From the NCBI RefSeq assembly GCF_009914755.1, contig NC_060931.1: DNA of 64,000 nt; one strand, given 5' to 3'. The notes under the pieces are model-generated. The model was not told the origin of the DNA and searched no databases. It worked only from the letters and a program-made list of their open reading frames with translations. This stretch comes from the human T2T-CHM13v2.0 reference genome, Homo sapiens. This document shows, one piece after another, positions 13,491 to 26,532 of this stretch. How positions within the stretch are numbered: position 1 is the first letter of the stretch; the number at the start of each line of letters is the position of its first letter. The translations under genes were made by a program, and so were the position numbers.

Positions 13491-15250
13491 CCGTTTTCCC
13501 TGCTAAATGCCCCACAGTAAGTTTACTTTATTCCATCATTGACACTTCAAGGTGGCAGTTAGCGACAATTAAAAAAAATAGACTTGCCACATGAATAGTC
13601 ATAGGACAATCTACATCCCTCCCCTTTGCCATAGCAGTCCAGAGACTGCAACTATGTTTATCATCTCACTCCTCTTTTGTCCATTCTGCATTCTCTATCA
13701 CCTTGGCTAGCTTGTCTAGGGTATATGACCAGTGGGATAACCCAGACCTTCATCTCTGAGGGATCAGAACCTCTGGTCGTTTTGCCCTTGTTGGACTGTG
13801 GTTGCTGTAGTTGCCTACTTACTGGAATCACTAGCAAGCTTCAAGGGGTAATCCACTGTAGCAAAGGAGGCCATAACTTCCAGCCCCTATTGTGCAGCAG
13901 CAATCTCAACCCTTCAGATAATCAGGGTCAGTTGCTCAAGCTGATATATTAATCTTGCTTGTTGAACTACTGGAATGGAAGTCCTAAATAACCAAGTGGC
14001 TGCTGTATGTTTAGTAGAATCCTATGTCCCCTAGTGGAAGGATCCCACTCCTTGGAAACATAACGTCTAGTCTAGCAGAATCTAAAGTGGCAGCACAAAT
14101 TTCTCAAATGGGTCATTTGGAATGGTGGTGAGAGGGGCTGCTCTTACTTCTTCTCCTTAGTTTTTAGATCCAATTATTTTACCTTTCAGCTACCAAGAAC
14201 CATAGATATATTCTTAGTTCAAAATAGGTACCACATTTTGAAGGATAGAACTTCTAACCTTAGGTGTCACTTCTAAGCTGGTGCCATAGCTGTATCTGTA
14301 AGAGACCATTCCAACATACTATTAGACTTGCTGCTTCTGAGTGATTCAATATATGGTAGGATCCTATGATCATGGACCCATTTTCACACCTCCTTTGCCA
14401 CAATGTGAGTCCCTTGGTTTGATGTGATGTTAGGTAGTATCGTATGTCAGTAAATTAGATACTGTATACGTTGTTAGATGATGGTGTTGGCAAGAAAATG
14501 AATACCATGAAGGCATATCATCCCAGGAAGGACATATAACTTTCCCTCCAGGATGAGAGGGCTCCAGTGTAATCACCTAGCCCCAGGTTGCTAGTGGGTC
14601 TCTTTGAGGGATGACACCATATGGAGAGCTCAGTTGGTCTTTGTTGCTGACAGGTAGGACATTCAGTGGCAGCATTAGCTAGATCAGCCTGGCAAGGAGT
14701 ACCTGGTCTGTTGGACTAATGCATAGCCTTCGTCCCTGCCTCCATGGCTACTCCATTTATGAGCTTATTGTATAAGCACTGGGGGACTGAAGTCAGAAGC
14801 TGGCTGACCTTCACTGGAAAAGCCACTCTGTTCACCTGGTTGTTCAGAGCCTCCTTAATTGTGAGTGCTTGCTGGTAGGCATTGACAGGAGTTACAAAGA
14901 TATACACTTTGTTGGGCTGACTCCCATATGTCTACCCACATGCTTCTTCTTAGAACTCTTTGTCTCGGATCTTTTTCCCTCCAGGTCCATGACCAATCAG
15001 CAATGCCATTTGCCACCGCTAGGAGTTCACATCTATTTTAACCTTATGCCTCTTCACACTAAGTTAAAGACTAGTTGTACTGTTAACATTTTCCCCATCT
15101 GTCTTTCAGGGTCACCTGAAAGGCAGGGCTGTAGTGTGAGAGCAGCACTAACAATGGAACCATCCCATTTGTGAACCACATCTAGATTTTTTTTCATCTT
15201 CCATCAGCTGGTTATGGAGAATCCCCATGTGGCCAAAGGTGCGAGCCCAA
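13490..15250 (-). mobile_element. Degenerate ERVL internal region: RNase H/integrase (pol) remnant
   Basis: Minus-strand translations 'IFVTPVNAYQQ...EALNNQVNR' (ORF 14716-14907) and 'ADLANAATECPTCQQQRP.../PYGVIPQRDPLATW' resemble HERV-L RNase H C-terminus and integrase zinc-finger region; frameshifted. Confidence 0.85.
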
Positions 15251-15759
15251 AGTATAAACTTCCTTTATCCAGCCTTATATTTGGAACTGCCTCCAGCCCT
15301 TGTCCATCATCCCCAGGCATGCTCTCCAGGCCTCTGAGGGTGTAAGTTAGCCAGGTGTTACAGCTCTTTTACATCCCTCCTCCGGCCTTGATGATCTTTG
15401 ACCCCAGCTACTAGCCTAGGAGCATGAGGGAAGACAGTCTTGAGGAGGGCAAGTATCTTACAAGGTATCTGCCTCAGGTATAGCCTCTGCACATTCTTTT
15501 GGCAAGGGGAAGCTGCTATCCTCCAGCAAGGGATTGCACACCACCTTTGCAGCCCAGAGGGTTCAGGAGCATCTGCGGCCAAGGTTCTCATTTATGTCCA
15601 TCCAGATGTACCTGTTCCCTATCAGAGTTTCTAGAACAGACCTCCATCTCTATAGGATGATGAAGGTAGCAGCAATATTTGCTACCAACTACTGATTTGC
15701 ACTACAAAAGGGAATGAGCTCTGGGAAGCTGTCAACATTATTGATGGTGGAGCAGAAAA

Positions 15760-15920
15760 ATTAAAATAATAATAGAGGTCTTTGATGGCACTGCTGAATC
15801 AACAGCCCCTGAAGTCTGCCTAAAATCTGGACTACTAGATACATGACTCAATACATTATTCACTGTTTATACCATGTTTGAGTTTTTTTTTTTTTGTAAA
15901 TTACAGCCAAAAGCATGCTG
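15760..15920 (+). mobile_element. Old MLT1 (J/K-like) 3' fragment
   Basis: 'ctgctgaatcaacagcccctgaagtc...ctggact...ttacagccaaaagcat'. Confidence 0.5.
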
Positions 15921-15964
15921 TCTATCAAAGTATTCTGTTAAATGGTGTTAATAAATGGTATTAC

Positions 15965-16110
15965 TAACACCATTTAACAGAAGAAGAAACTGGATCCCGA
16001 AGGGGTTAAAGGAATCTGCTGAAAGTTGGCATGGATAGTAAATGACTAAAACTGGCACTTAAGACCAAGTGTGTCTGACTCTAGAGCCCTAATTACTTAA
16101 TCACCATGTT
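15965..16110 (-). mobile_element. MIR fragment
   Basis: 'catttaacagaagaagaaactgg...tgtgtctgactctagagccc...cttaatcacc'. Confidence 0.65.
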
Positions 16111-16738
16111 CTTTGTAGCAAGGTGTGAATCTCAGAGAAAGATAAAGCCTTCCTGAAAGGAGTTTCCTCAGTTTTCCCTTTAATTTATACAAGGGCTTCA
16201 AAGGCCCTTGAACATAAACAAAACCAGTGGAGAAGGGAGTCTACCTACCAAGCCAAGTTCTTGTCATGTGAAGGAAGCCATCAGTCCCCAGCCTAGAGTC
16301 CTGAAATCACCTTTATTGATGGGCCAGGAGGTACCCCGGGGGGTCCTGGGTAAGACTCGCATGGAGAATTCAGACTGGGGCAAAATTGTGGTTCTTTATG
16401 CTCTGCCTTCCCCAGGGGTCTGCACTGGGGGCCTGAGAAATGGAGAGAGCTGACTCTGTAGAACAGAGTCCAGCAGGAGCCTTGTAAACCCACACACCAG
16501 GCATAGCATGAGGAAGATGGAGGGAGACTGGCTGAACCTTCTTTTGAGGCAAAGTAATGCCAACTCTCATTATGTGGGACAGGACCTAACATATGGTGCT
16601 TCTCACCAATCCTTAGCCATTCCTTTCTCAGCGAAAGGAGAGAGAAGGAGGTTGAAGCCCTCTCCCAAGCACTTCTCAAAGAGAGAGGCAGTGCTGGTGG
16701 GCTGAGGTAGAGGTGTGGAGAGAAGGAAAATGTTTTGT

Positions 16739-16850
16739 CAGGTCAGCAATTTTTCTGTAAAAGGCCAGATAATAAATATTGTAGGCTTTGGGGGTCACAT
16801 GCGGTTTCTAGTATGTATTCTTTGTTTTTTCCCTAACACTTAAAATGTAA
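16739..16850 (+). mobile_element. MER58(B) hAT-Charlie DNA transposon, 5' half only
   Basis: 'caggtcagcaattttttctgtaaaaggccagataataaatattgtaggctttg'. Confidence 0.75.
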
Positions 16851-18815
16851 GAACTGAAATGCCAGGAGGAGGGGCCAAGATGGCTGACTAGAAACAGCTG
16901 TGGTCGGAGGCTTCTGCCAAGAGAATGAAAATGGCGATTGAGTCCTGCACCAGCAACTGAGGTATCCAGGTTCTCTCATTGGGACTTACTAGGTGGTTAA
17001 TGTGACCTGTGGAGAGTGAGGAAAAGCAAGGTGGTCCAACAGCCCACCCGGGAGCCACATGGGGCAAGGGGAGCTCCCACCACCAGCCAAAGGAGGCAGT
17101 GAGTGATTGTGCTACCCCGCCTAGGAAAGCATGCTTTTTCCACCAATCTGTGCAACCCGTAGATCAGGAGATCTCCCTCATGAGCCCACGCCACCAGGGT
17201 CTTGGGTCCTGAGCACAGAGCTGTGCAGATTCTCTGTGCCACGCAGCTGGAGACAGCCTAAGACTACTGAGTTCCCAGGGGGAGGGGCGGCTGCCATCAC
17301 CGCAGCTCCGCCATTGACAGAGTTGGGGAGGCTGGGCAGTATGGACCAGGGAGGTATTCCCCACAGCACAGCACAACCGCTGTGGCAGATTGTGGCCAGA
17401 CTGCCTCTTTAGGCTGGACCCTAACCTATCCCTCCTCACTGGCAGGGCCTCCCTGTGGGAATTTCAGCAACTCCAGCCAGAGGTTTAGGGACAGAACTCT
17501 GATCTCCCTGAGACTGAGCCCCTGCGGGGAGGGGTGGCGGCGGCCTCCGCAGATCGGCGGACTTAGTCTTTCCCCCTGCTGGCTCTGAGGAATCCGGGCA
17601 GTCTGGCCGAGCGGGATTCCCCTCAGCACAGCACATCCCTTCTGCCAAGGGGCGGATAGAGTGCTTTGTTAAGCACGTCCTTGATCTCATGCCTCCTAAC
17701 TGGGTGAGACACCCCCAACAGAGGTTGCCAGACATATTATATAGGAGCATTTCCCCTGGCATCAGGTTGGTGACCCTCTGTGATGGAGCTCCCAGAGGAA
17801 GAAGCAGGCAGCCATCTTTGCTGTTCTGCAGCCTCCACTGGTGATACCTCCAGGTGCAGGAGGGACCCAGGCAAATAGGGCCTAGAGTGGACCCTCAGCA
17901 AACTGCAGCAGCCCTATGAAAGAGAGCCTGACTGTTAGAAGCAAACAAAGAGAAAGCAATAACAACAGCATCAACAAAAAAGTCCCCACAAAAACCCCAT
18001 CCAAAGGTCAGCAGCCTCAAAGATCAAAGCTAGATAAACCTGCAAAGATGAGAAAGAATCAACACAAAAATGCTGAAAACTCAAAAAGCCAGAGTGCCTT
18101 GTCTCCTCCAAATGATCACAGCACCTCTCCAGCAAGGGCTCAGAACTTGGCAGAGGCTGAGATAGATGAATTGACAGTAGTAGGCTTCAGAAGGTAGGTG
18201 ATAACAAACTCCACTGAGCTAAAGGAGCATGTTCTAACTCAATGCAAAGAAGCTAAGAACCATGATAAAACATTACAGGAGCTGTTAACCAAAATAATCA
18301 GTTTAGAGAGGAATAGAAATGACCTGATGGAGCTGAAAAACACAACACGAGAACTTCACAATGCAACCACAAGTTGAGGAAAGAATTTCAGAGTGTGAAG
18401 ACTATCTTGTCTGGCTGAAATAAGACAGTCAGACAAGATTAGAGAAAAAAGAATGAAAAGGAATGAATAAAACCTCTGAGAAGTATGGGATTATGTAAAA
18501 AGAGCAAACCTATGACTGATTGGGGTATCTGAAAGAGACAGGGAGAATGGAACCAAGTTGGAAAACATACCTCAGGATATCATCCAGGAGAACTTCCCCA
18601 ACCTAGAAAGACAGGCCAACGTTTAAATTCAAGAAATCCAGAGAACCCCAGTAAGATACTCCATGAGAAGATCAACCCCAAGACACATAATAATCAGATT
18701 CTCCAAAGTCAAAATGAAGGAAAAAATGTTAAGGGCAGCCAGAGAGAAAGGCCAGGTCACCTAAAAAGGAAAGCCCATCAGACTAACAGCAGACCTCTCA
18801 GCCAAAATTCTATAA

Positions 18816-19244
<429 letters not shown>

Positions 19245-19986
19245 AGCCCAAAAGCTTCTTAGGCTGATAAGCAACTTCAACAAAGTCTCAGGCTACAAAA
19301 TAAACGTGCAAAAATCACAAGCATTCCTATACATCAACAATAGACAAGCAGAGAGCCAAATCATGAATGAGTTCCCATTGACAATTGTTACAAAGAGAAT
19401 AGAATACCTAAGAATACAGCTAACAAGGGAAGTGAAGGACCTCTTCAAGGAGAACTACAAACCTCTGCTCAAGGAAATCAGAGTGGACACAAACAAATGG
19501 AAAAACATTCCATGTTCATGGATAAGAAGAATCAATATTGTGAAAATGGCCATACTGCCCAAAGTAATTTATAGATTCAATGCTATTCCCATTAAACTAC
19601 CATTGATACTCTTCACAGAATTAGAGAAAACTGCTTTAAAATTCATATGGAACCAAAAAAGAGCTGGTATAGCCAAGACAATCCTAAGCAAAAAGAACAA
19701 AGATGGAGGCATCATGCTACCTGACATCAAACTATACTACAAGGTTACAGTAACCTAAGCAGCATGATACTGGTACCAAAACAGACACATAGACCAGTGG
19801 AACAGAATAGAGATCTCAGAAATAAGACCACACATCTACAACCAGCTGATCTTCAACAAACCTGACAAAAACAAGCAATAGGGAAATGTTTCCCTATTTA
19901 ATAAATGGTGATGGGAGAACTGGCTAGCCATATGCAGAAAACTGAAACCGGACCTTTTCCTTATACCTTATAGAAAAATTAACTCA

Positions 19987-20304
<318 letters not shown>

Positions 20305-21692
20305 TTAACTCAGGTGGATTAAAGACTTAAATGTAAAACCCAGAATTATAAAAACCCTGGAAGAAAATCTAGGCAATACCATTCAGGACATAGGCATGGG
20401 CAAAGATTTCATGATGAAAATGTCAAAAGCAATTGCAACAAAAGCAAAAATTGACAAATGGGAGCTAATTCAACGAAAGAGCTTCTGCACAGCAAAAGAA
20501 ACTATTATCAGAGTGAACAGACAACCTAGAGAATAGGAGAAGATTTTTGCAATCTATCCATCTGAAAAAGGCCTAATATCCGGAATCTATAAGGAACATA
20601 AATTTACAAGAATAAAACAAAAAACCCCATTAAAAAGTGGGCAAAGGACAAGAACAGACACTTCTCAAAAGAAGGACATTTATGTGCCCAACAAACATAT
20701 GAGAAAAAGCTGAACATCACTGATAATTAGAGAAATGCAAATCAAAACTACATTGAGGTACCATCTCACACCAGTCAGAATGGTGATTATTAAGAAGTCA
20801 AGAAACAGATGCTGGAGAGGCTGTGGAGAAATAGGAACACTTTTACACTGTTGGTTGCAATGTAAATTAGTTCAACCATTGTGGAAAATAGTGTGGTGAT
20901 TCCTCAAAGACCTAGAACCAGAAATATCATTTGACCCAGCAATCCCATTACTGGGTATATACCCAAAGGAATATAAATCATTATGTTATAAAGATACAGG
21001 CATGTGCATCATTGCAGCACTATTCACAATAGCAAAGACATGGAATCAACCCAAATGCCCATCAGTGATAGACTGGATAAAGAAAATGTGGTACATATAC
21101 ACCATGGAACACTATGCAGCCATAAAAAGGAATGAGGTCATTTCCTTTGCAGGGACATGGATGGAGCTCAAAGCCATTATCTTCAGCAAACTAACACAGG
21201 AACAGAAAACCAAACACCGCATGTTCTCGCTTGTAAGTGGGAGCTGAACAATGAGAACACATAGACACAGGGAGGGGAAAAACATACTGGGGCCTGTTGG
21301 GTGGGAGTTGGGGGAGGGAGAGCATCAGGATAAATAGTTAATGCATGCAGGGCTTAATACCTAGGTGATGGGTTGATAGGTGCAGCAAACCACTATGGCA
21401 CGCGTTTACCTATTGAACAAACCTGCACGTCCTGCACATGTATTCTGGCATTTTCCTGCCAGCCGGCATTTTTCCTGTCATCTTCCCCTCCCCCACGCCT
21501 CATCCCGTGTTTTTCTCAGGCCCATTTTCTCACTGGGTAGGCTGTGCCTGCCTCCAGATGTTGAAATTCACTTACTAATTCCTGAAGTATTTCATGCTAG
21601 CTTTTGGGACCTGTCCCTTTTAAGTCAGTGCAACTGTCCCATGTATCTCCTGTAAGTGTCCCTCCCCTTCAAGGGGTGGTTTCCCCATTGCT

Positions 21693-21992
21693 CTTATTTT
21701 TTTATTTTTTATTTTTGAGATGGAGTCTCACTTTTGTCACCCTAGCTGGAATGCGTGGCGCTATCTCAGCTCACTGCAGCCTCCGCCTCCCGCAAGAGAT
21801 TCTCTTGCCTCAGCTTCCTGAGTAGCTGGGATTACAGGCACCTGCTACCATGCCCAGCTAATTTTTGTACTTTTAGTAGAGATGGGGTTTCACCATGTTG
21901 GCCAGGCTGGTCTCAAACTCCTGACCTCAGGTGATCCGCCCACCTTGGCCTCCCAAAGTGCTGGGATTGCAGGCCTGAGCCATTGCGCCCCA
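21693..21992 (-). mobile_element. Alu (AluS)
   Basis: Dimer; TSD ccccattgct. Confidence 0.93.
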
Positions 21993-23539
21993 CCCCATTG
22001 CTATTTGCCACCTGCTGCTTGGAGAGACTGGCTGTTGATGGTTCCTGATGTTTTTTCGATGGTGTCCCCAAGCCATCGTTCCCTCAGCTCTCTGTGGTCT
22101 CCCCTGCCTTCCTCTGTTGGATCACATTGGCTCCATCACCTGTTCTGATCTGGTAATAATGAAAACGTCTGGCGCATCCCTCATCGCAGCTCAGTGAGCA
22201 GTTAGTTTGGAGTACAGCTTCTTTTCCTTTCACATCTGTTTAGCTTGGCCTTTGAGATCTCCTACTTTTCTCCTAAGGCAAGTTTTTCCTCCCTGGAGTT
22301 CAATCGTATGTCTTTTATTTTTACTTTTTATCTTCTTTTCTCACAGCCAGTGTTCTGACTGAAAGACTAAAACTTGTTTCTTAAGCTGATTTGATTCTCC
22401 CTTGAGTCACCAAGTAAACCTTATTTGTAGATATAGCATGTTCTTGCTGAAGTCTTTTTAATTCCCTTCTAAGACTCTGGGCTTGAAATAAATTCCATGG
22501 GTTTTTTTTTTTTTTTTCCCTGCTTTTCATTCTAAGAAGACTACTTATTTCCTCTGTGATAAGCAACCCCACCTTTCTTTTGCTTGCCACTCAGTTCCTC
22601 TGTGCTTGCCCACTGATAAAAGCTGCTGCTGCTTGTGGTGGAATCTACAATTGAGGGCCCTAAAGTCCATCCTCATGGTGGCTTCACGTGGGTGACTTTT
22701 GGAACAGGTGGAGGTGACTGGTTTCTCAGAAGTTCATCCCTCTGCATTTCATATCTAGGTCTTGAGGATCTAAAATATAGGAACATAATTTGGGGCCACT
22801 GGTCTAGTGCCTCATATTGATGCCCAGCACCAAGGGTTGAAAGATTGGATTCATGTGTTAATGTTCCATGGTGCATGGGGAACTTAGATGCTCTTTGCAG
22901 TTTATAATCCTTGCCAGCAGTCCTGGCTAAGATACATTTAAAAGAAAGAAAACAGGCCCTCATTGCAAAAATTATTCCCTACACCTGTAGCTAAAAGGCC
23001 CACCTATTGAAGCTTCTCCTGTTCTGGGGGTAGCATTCTCTGGCATGAAGAGACTCCCTCTCCAGGGATGCAATATCTGCTTGGCTAAGCTCAAACTACC
23101 CAGAGCCACATTGAGCTGCTGTCCTGACACTGGCCCAAGGCCCATATGCACGCCAGCCGGCTGCTGTGGTCCTAGCATGGTGTTTGGTACCTCTAATGCT
23201 GGTCCTTGTGTTTACTTACAAGGTTTCCTTTATACATGGGGTGCTGGAGCTGCCCATTGCAGGCTTTCTCCCCTTTGAGTTTTGACCAATTGAGATCAGA
23301 CAAAAGAGGCCAAATCAGGGACAACCTGCAGCACCAGCGTTAGGCCTATGGTGGCAGATCCCGTCAAGTTCATAACTGATGTGCCATTTCCTGCTTGACA
23401 ACGTGCGGATGCAGACCATTCCCGCTTCGCAGCTGACAAGTGAGAAAAAGAAAAGCAGCCCCTGGCATCTGGGAGCTGGCCTGTGTCTACTAGTTAGGCC
23501 TGTGTTCTCCCATTGAACATGAACAATGTTGCAGAACAT

Positions 23540-24107
23540 CAAGAACTAAAAATAGAACTACTCTTTGACCCAGCAATCCTGCTACTGAGTATCTACCCAA
23601 AGAAAAAGAAATATTTACATCAAAAAGATACCTGCACTGGTATGTTTATTTCAGCACTATTCACAATAGCCAAGATATAGAATCAACCTAAGTGTCCATC
23701 AGTGGATGACTGGATAAAGAAAACATGGTATATATACACATTGGAATACTATTCAGCCATAGAAAATGAAATCATGTCTTTTGCAGCAATATGAATGGAA
23801 CTGCAGGCCATTATCTTAAGTGAAAATAAAGTGAAGAGACACAGAAAGACACGTACAACATATTCTCACTTATAAGTGGGTGCTAAACAATGTGTACACA
23901 TGGACATAGAGTGTAAAATAATAGACTTTGGAGATTCAGGAAGTCGGAGATTGTGAGGGGGGTGCATGATGAGCAATTACTTAACTGGTACAATGTACAT
24001 TATTCTGATGATGGTTATATAAAAGCCCTTGACTTTACAACAGTGCAATTTATGCATATGCATGTAACAAAATTACACTTGTACCCCATACATTTATACA
24101 CAAAAAT
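23540..24107 (+). mobile_element. L1PB4-like 3' end
   Basis: ORF2 C-terminus plus 3'UTR 'caattacttaactggtacaatgtacattattc...catgtaacaaaattacacttgtacccc'. Confidence 0.85.
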
Positions 24108-24285
24108 CTACACAAAGACAAAACAGGACTATGCCTGAGGCTACACAAAACATGAATATTGTCCAAACCAAAATATCAAACATCCCTTTTTTGGCTAATG
24201 CGAGTGACTGCTGTTGTTTACCAAGTATAGCTTTAGCCATGGTCCAGTCATTCCACCTTCTAGATAAGATTTATTAAGATACCCA

Positions 24286-24578
24286 GGCCAGATGTGGTGG
24301 CTCACGCCTGTAATCCTAGTACTTTGGGAGGCCAAGGCGGGCGGATCACGGGGTCAAGAGTTCAAGACCAGAATGGCCAGCATGGTGAAACCCCATCTCT
24401 ACTAAAAATACAAAAATTAGCCAGGCATGGTGGTGCATGCCTGTAATCCGAGCTACTCAAGAGGCTGAGGCAGGAGAATTGCTTGAATCCGAGAAGCAGA
24501 GGTTACAGTGAGCCGAGATCAGGCCACTGCTCTACAGCCTGGGCAACACAGCGAGACTCCATCTCAAAAAAAAAAAAA
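24286..24578 (+). mobile_element. Alu (AluS)
   Basis: Full dimer with poly(A). Confidence 0.95.
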
Positions 24579-24922
24579 TACCTAAGGATAGAATTACCCC
24601 ATCTTCATTTCCTGCAGCATCCAATTCAGAGGAATATCCCACTACCTTAAACCCTCCCCCAAATAGCTGAACACAGGCCAAAATCCTGTACGTTCTTTCC
24701 AGTCTCTGAGATGCACCACAGCCTCACTGTGTGCCTTCTCCTTCACTGAACAAGCAATAAACTCAACTTGTTCAACTGCAGGTGTGTCCATGGTGGCCTT
24801 CGGTTGGAGGGCAACTGGCATTAGGAATAGTTTATAAGAGAGACAAAGACACTTCATTCTTTAGCTTTTAAGTTAAAACAAAATCTCCTTTCTTTGGTGT
24901 GGGAGAATATGGATTCACTCAC

Positions 24923-24965
24923 CAGTGTGGACAGACAGGGCAGGAGATTTGATGGTAGGTGTGCT
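24923..24965 (-). other. Candidate 43-nt exon
   Basis: Minus strand: long pyrimidine tract...cattcctctggtcttcag|AGCACAC...CACACTG|gtgagt. Confidence 0.35.
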
Positions 24966-25633
24966 CTGAAGACCAGAGGAATGCAGCAGGAGACTCAGGA
25001 GTGGAAGAGAAGGAAGAATTAGGTGCGGTGCTCTGATTTTTCTCCCCCGATTATCCCATCCTTTGGGGGCTGAAAGGGAGCAAGGGCCTGGGCTCAGGGG
25101 AACCTCTTCCTTGGCATTTGGGGCATCTGAGAGTGAGTGACCGCTGGTGCCCTGCTTCCCACAGGGCCCTCCAAGACTGGCAGCTCCATTTGTGCCATGA
25201 AACATGGGTGACGGCCAAATAAGTGGAGGGCATTTAGACATGTGAGGGATCCTAGACCCTACCACATCTTAAAGACAGATCCAATCATTTCCGCTGTCTC
25301 CTCATGGGCATGGAGATGAGTCAAGGGAAAGAATAAACATGTTTGTTTGGAGAGACATCGGTCAGGAATAGGGTCTCTGGTGGTGCCAAGGGTGACTCAG
25401 GGGCCACTTTGAGGATCAACTACAATAGATTACTGAGGTGAAAGCAGAATCTCACCAATGAGGCCAAGAAGAGCCCAGCAGCTAAGGCCGTCTATGTGTG
25501 CTGACCAAGGTTGAGAGGGTGTCCACTGGGCTGCAGCAACATAGGTTCATCAAAGCATTTGAGTCAACCCAGGAGGTGCGGAGACAGGAGTGGCAGAGAA
25601 GAGCCAGTCTCTGGCAGAAGCAAGTGGATGAAT

Positions 25634-25730
25634 TGACCCCAAAGATCATTGCTAGAGAAGGTGAAAAAACACAGAATTGGCAAAGTGACCCCAAAGATCA
25701 TTGCTGCAGAAGGTGAAAAGACACAGAATT
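25634..25730 (+). repeat. 45-bp direct duplication (period 52)
   Basis: tgaccccaaagatcattgct..agaaggtgaaaa.acacagaatt at 25634-25678 and 25686-25730, 3 mismatches. Confidence 0.9.
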
Positions 25731-26239
25731 CTGTGCACCCGTATACTGCATTATGTATATTGGGTGCACAGAATTTGAATTCAGTTCTAGAAATTTAATA
25801 TATACACACATGTGTGTGTCTACATACATACATGTGCATTTGCTTATAAAGTGAAAATTCAGGCCCTCATACTGGAACAGTACAGTGGAGGAATGGCCAA
25901 GGCTCCTGCCTCCCACATGGTTTGGAGGGACAGGCCCAGTACTGGATAAACAAGCCGAAGTGCCACTTGTTTTGGTAGATGAACCCCACAGGTACAGGAA
26001 TCAGAGGAGGAGCAGAATGTGCTGTCCTGGGGCCTTGCAGTTCTGTGTGTGTGTGTATTGCTGAAATTTCCTTTCCATATATAAGCTACAGCAAAACACA
26101 GGGGAAATAGGAGAATAGCTTCTCCTTTAAAAACTAGTATTTGTCGCCTGCACACATACAGCTTTTGGGGAGGCCATTGGGCAACCCCTGCCTGAGCTCT
26201 CAGCTCTAAGGTCAGGACTGGGTTAAGGGGAAGAAAAGG

Positions 26240-26449
26240 GGCCAGGTGCGGTGGCTCATGCCTGCAATCCCAGGACTTTGGGAGGCTGAGGTGAGAGGAT
26301 CACTTGAGGCCAGCCTGGGTAATAAAGTGAGATCCCCGTCTCTACAAAAAATAGAAAAATTAGCCAGGTGTGGTGGCATGTGCCTGAAGTCTCAGCTACT
26401 CAGGAGGCTGATGGCACCACTGCACTGAATCCTGGGTGACAGAGTGAGA

Positions 26450-26458
<9 letters not shown>
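26240..26458 (+). mobile_element. Alu (AluJ-like, internally deleted)
   Basis: 'ggccaggtgcggtggctcatgcctgcaatccc...gaggatcacttgagg...agagtgagaccctgtctc'. Confidence 0.85.

Positions 26459-26530
<72 letters not shown>
26455..26530. repeat. Compound (CT)n(CA)n microsatellite replacing the Alu tail
   Basis: Direct reading. Confidence 0.95.

Positions 26531-26532
<2 letters not shown>

Larger units (their letters stand above)
23441..24820 (+). mobile_element. ERVL-class solo LTR (MER76/MER77-like), split by L1 and Alu insertions
   Basis: TG..CA ends; 'aaaagcagcccctggcatctgggagctggcc', 'ctagataagatttattaagatacc', 'caataaactcaacttgttcaactgcaggtgtg'. Confidence 0.65.

Noticed and set aside
25390-25570. 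Two AP-1 heptamers (tgactca, tgagtca)
   Set aside because: Heptamers occur repeatedly by chance in 64 kb; no independent evidence of an enhancer.
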